DNA from: Candidatus Parcubacteria bacterium
GTDB lineage: Bacteria; Patescibacteriota; Minisyncoccia; Phycocordibacterales; UBA2100
DNA: 29,384 nucleotides
NCBI GenBank assembly: GCA_043746305.1
Contig: JAYTRG010000023.1
Location: 1-29,384, forward strand
Direction: 5' to 3'
In this document: positions 26,796 through 29,384 of the stretch, one piece after another
How positions within the stretch are numbered: the first letter of the stretch is position 1
How the letters are laid out: each line of letters starts with the position of its first letter
Made by a program: the position numbers and the translations under genes
The notes under the pieces: generated by a model
The model's input: only the letters and a program-made list of their open reading frames with translations
The model's database searches: none
Told to the model about the DNA's origin: nothing

Positions 26796-28517
26796 TCAAT
26801 GTGTCCAAGCGCTCGTCCAGTTGGTAAGAGTTTGCTGCTGCGCGGCCGAAGGAGTGCTTCCAGAGGAAGTCGGCACATTGCACCAGCCTGCGCCTGAAGA
26901 GGGGTCACCATTCCAGCCTATCGTTCCTTTGCCCCCGTTTGTATCGTTGCCTGCCCAGCCCTGAATGGTGGTAAGCACGACGCCTGTTTGCTGCCCGGCA
27001 ATTGCAGCCTGCACCTGGGTGAGTTCGTCTTGTGCCTGAGTGATGTTTGCCTGCACATGAAGAACGGGCGGGTTGGCATTGATGATGGTGTTGAGTTGCG
27101 AAAGGCCTAGGTTTTGTTTTGCTGAGTCAGCGCTTTGGAGCTCCGCGGCGAGGATGTTGAGTGTGGCAAGGTTTTGGTTTGAGACGTCGATGCGGCTTGC
27201 GAGTGCTTGTGCGAGCGCGGCAAAGTTGGAAGAAGTAATGACCGCGCTAGAAAAGGCGGTGGAGGTGGCTATGGTGAGCGTTGCGCCGCTCTTGCTGGTG
27301 CATTGCGCACCTCCGCTCGGGGTAGAAGTAACCGCGCCTGTGCATACATTTTGCGTTATGAGCGTCCAGCAGGTGCTCTCGGCTCCGCGCAGTTGCACAA
27401 TGGCGCTGCTTATCGTACTCGCCATCTGCTGCTGCAAGCCGTTGTACTGCTGCTCCCATTTGATGATTTGGTACAGATTGGTAAGACCGGTGCTTATAGC
27501 GCTGCTGGCAAGTGAATTTTGCTGCTGTTGCACGGCATTGCCTATGTACTGTTGCACGCCCGCGACCGAGGAGGGGCCAGAGAGGAGGTACGAGCCAATA
27601 CCAGTAAAGAATTGTCCCACCATTTGTCCTATGTCGTTTGCGTTTTCGAGCTGCCTAAAGCCGGATGTCATAGCTTGAGTTGCCACGGCATTGAGGAGTA
27701 TGCCGGGCACCACCACATTGCCGTTAGTATCTTGGGCGTCGTAAATTCCATTGTTCCAGTTGAGCCTGTTGAGCCATTCGCTCTCTGCGGCACCAATGTT
27801 GTTGTTCACTTGATTTTGCGCAATAGCGTATGCCTGATAGGGGTTACATGCTGGATACTGCACGAATGCGCCGAGCGCGCCGAGCACATCGGTAGTTTGG
27901 CCGTCGAGAGCGCTTTCTAGATTTGCATAGGGGCAGGCGAGTGCGTCTTGCGGAGCACGCGTGGTGGCGTAGTAATTTCGCAAAACCGCGGTCTGTACTT
28001 GTGATTGAAAAGCAGGGTTTATTGTCTGAAAAAGTCCGCTATTTACGGTGTTATTTACTGCTGTGTCTGCCACTTTTTGTTGGTCGTTGCCATAATTAAC
28101 CACCCAGTACGGATTTCCATTGCGGCCGCTTGAAAGTTGGCTGTACTCCTGTTGCACGTAGGCAACCGTCACCGCCTGTTTTTGCTGGTTTGCGAGTTCC
28201 TGCAGGACGCACGTTTTATAGGTGAGAGTTCCCGTGTTGAGCTCGACTGCAGAATCTGATACGGGAACGTACGTACCGCCAAGGGCGGAAGCGGATGCAA
28301 TGGAAGACGCTCCCGGTGCAGAACAGCTAAAGATGCCTCCGTTCCCTGGGGTTGAGGTTACCTGGGATGCTGGCGCGTTTGAGGCAAGTGTGCATGGAGT
28401 CATTGACCCGTCTGTTGAAAATCCAGCGCTTGAACAGGTTTGTGCCCGCGCGTGAAAAGGAAAAACTGCGTACAGAGAAAAGGCAAGGAGAATTGGTATG
28501 TAGCGGCGCGTATTCAT
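26796..28517 (-). CDS. Secreted Cys-containing, Gln/Asn/Ser/Thr-rich protein of unknown function
   Basis: Signal peptide ending HARA-Q, 10 Cys residues and helical Gln-rich segments; 573 aa. Confidence 0.75.
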   Translation of the reverse strand: MNTRRYIPILLAFSLYAVFPFHARAQTCSSAGFSTDGSMTPCTLASNAPASQVTSTPGNGGIFSCSAPGASSIASASALGGTYVPVSDSAVELNTGTLTYKTCVLQELANQQKQAVTVAYVQQEYSQLSSGRNGNPYWVVNYGNDQQKVADTAVNNTVNSGLFQTINPAFQSQVQTAVLRNYYATTRAPQDALACPYANLESALDGQTTDVLGALGAFVQYPACNPYQAYAIAQNQVNNNIGAAESEWLNRLNWNNGIYDAQDTNGNVVVPGILLNAVATQAMTSGFRQLENANDIGQMVGQFFTGIGSYLLSGPSSVAGVQQYIGNAVQQQQNSLASSAISTGLTNLYQIIKWEQQYNGLQQQMASTISSAIVQLRGAESTCWTLITQNVCTGAVTSTPSGGAQCTSKSGATLTIATSTAFSSAVITSSNFAALAQALASRIDVSNQNLATLNILAAELQSADSAKQNLGLSQLNTIINANPPVLHVQANITQAQDELTQVQAAIAGQQTGVVLTTIQGWAGNDTNGGKGTIGWNGDPSSGAGWCNVPTSSGSTPSAAQQQTLTNWTSAWTH

Positions 28518-29335
28518 GATTGTTTGTGATGAGCATAGTAGAGCGCGAGTGAATTGAAGGAGGAAACCATCGCGCCTTCGGCGTCATTGTATGAGCGCAA
28601 AAGCGTCACTGTTGTTATCGGGTCGTTCGCGTTGTCTACGAGCGCCTGAAGCGTGGAGCTAAACTGCCCCATGGCGTTTAAAATGGCAAGGTGATATGGA
28701 ACTGCATCTTGCGGCACTTGTACGGCGGCGGCGGCGGCGGTCGAGGAGTTGTAGGTAGTGATAATGGAATTCAATTGATTAAGATAGACAGGATTTTTGT
28801 TCGCGGAATATTTTGCAAACACCGCGATTTCCAAATCTTTTATACCTATCATGGGTGCAAGCGCTTGTTTGAGTGCAGCGCGGTATGCGAGCATGCCAGC
28901 GTATGATGTGTCGCTCGAAGTATGAAGGTTTGATACCGTGTATTGTTTGTACGGAACGAGAACCGATACGGCTCTGGCAAGCTGTTGGGCGGCTTGCCCT
29001 GCCGCCTCTGGTGAATAGGTGCCGCTGGCCTTCATCTGCTGGTATTGCTGCACGAGTTGGCCAACAATTTCTGGCCCTACTTGTGCAATGTCGCTTGTGG
29101 CGATGGCGGCACTTTCTGTTACGGGAGAGATGTTCGCAATGTTGCCACTACCTACCTGCGCCGTGATCGCGCTTTGCGGAACACTTACATATTCTTGGCG
29201 TGAGGCATTCACTATTCCATAAAAGATAACAGCGAGGAGTATTGCAACGCAAACTGAGGCGGTTGCGAGCAAAGGAATCGAAAGGGCACGCTGGTGTACA
29301 CCAGAAAAACCGCTGCTTGTGTCGCGCGTTTCCAC
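28514..29335 (-). CDS. Single-TM anchored helical protein of unknown function
   Basis: Hydrophobic helix at about residues 20-42 followed by an amphipathic helical domain; its stop overlaps the next gene's start (ATGA). Confidence 0.75.
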   Translation of the reverse strand: METRDTSSGFSGVHQRALSIPLLATASVCVAILLAVIFYGIVNASRQEYVSVPQSAITAQVGSGNIANISPVTESAAIATSDIAQVGPEIVGQLVQQYQQMKASGTYSPEAAGQAAQQLARAVSVLVPYKQYTVSNLHTSSDTSYAGMLAYRAALKQALAPMIGIKDLEIAVFAKYSANKNPVYLNQLNSIITTYNSSTAAAAAVQVPQDAVPYHLAILNAMGQFSSTLQALVDNANDPITTVTLLRSYNDAEGAMVSSFNSLALYYAHHKQS

Positions 29336-29384
29336 AAACGTATTGTAGCACCGTTACAAAGTGGAAAAATCGTTCACGTGCTCG

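Overview
This looks like the origin-of-replication region of a Patescibacteria (CPR, Parcubacteria-like) chromosome using the standard genetic code; the taxonomy is inferred from gene families and reduced protein architectures. The left arm holds a disrupted secreted-protein gene running off the window edge, holA-like, polA, tsaE, a PilB/GspE ATPase, a SAM methyltransferase, ruvB, a DoxX gene, yebC, ruvC and a class A penicillin-binding protein. It also has three gene-free, strongly base-paired segments (about 6.67-6.80, 8.59-8.87 and 9.00-9.36 kb) that look like unannotated non-coding RNAs. The centre is the canonical dnaN-oriC-dnaA / rpmH-rnpA-yidC-jag block; rpmH is missing from the supplied ORF track. 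The right 11.7 kb is one co-directional cluster of 10 genes encoding a type IV secretion-like apparatus (pilin-like, VirB4-like ATPase, PrgI-like, VirB6-like) mixed with uncharacterised exported proteins. No relaxase, coupling protein or integrase is visible in the window. The best leads are the tandem structured RNAs between doxX and yebC, the accessory exported proteins of the non-mobile T4SS-like cluster, the 6S-like hairpin, the frame-preserving TAG-interrupted gene, and -10 boxes sitting exactly 6 nt before several start codons.
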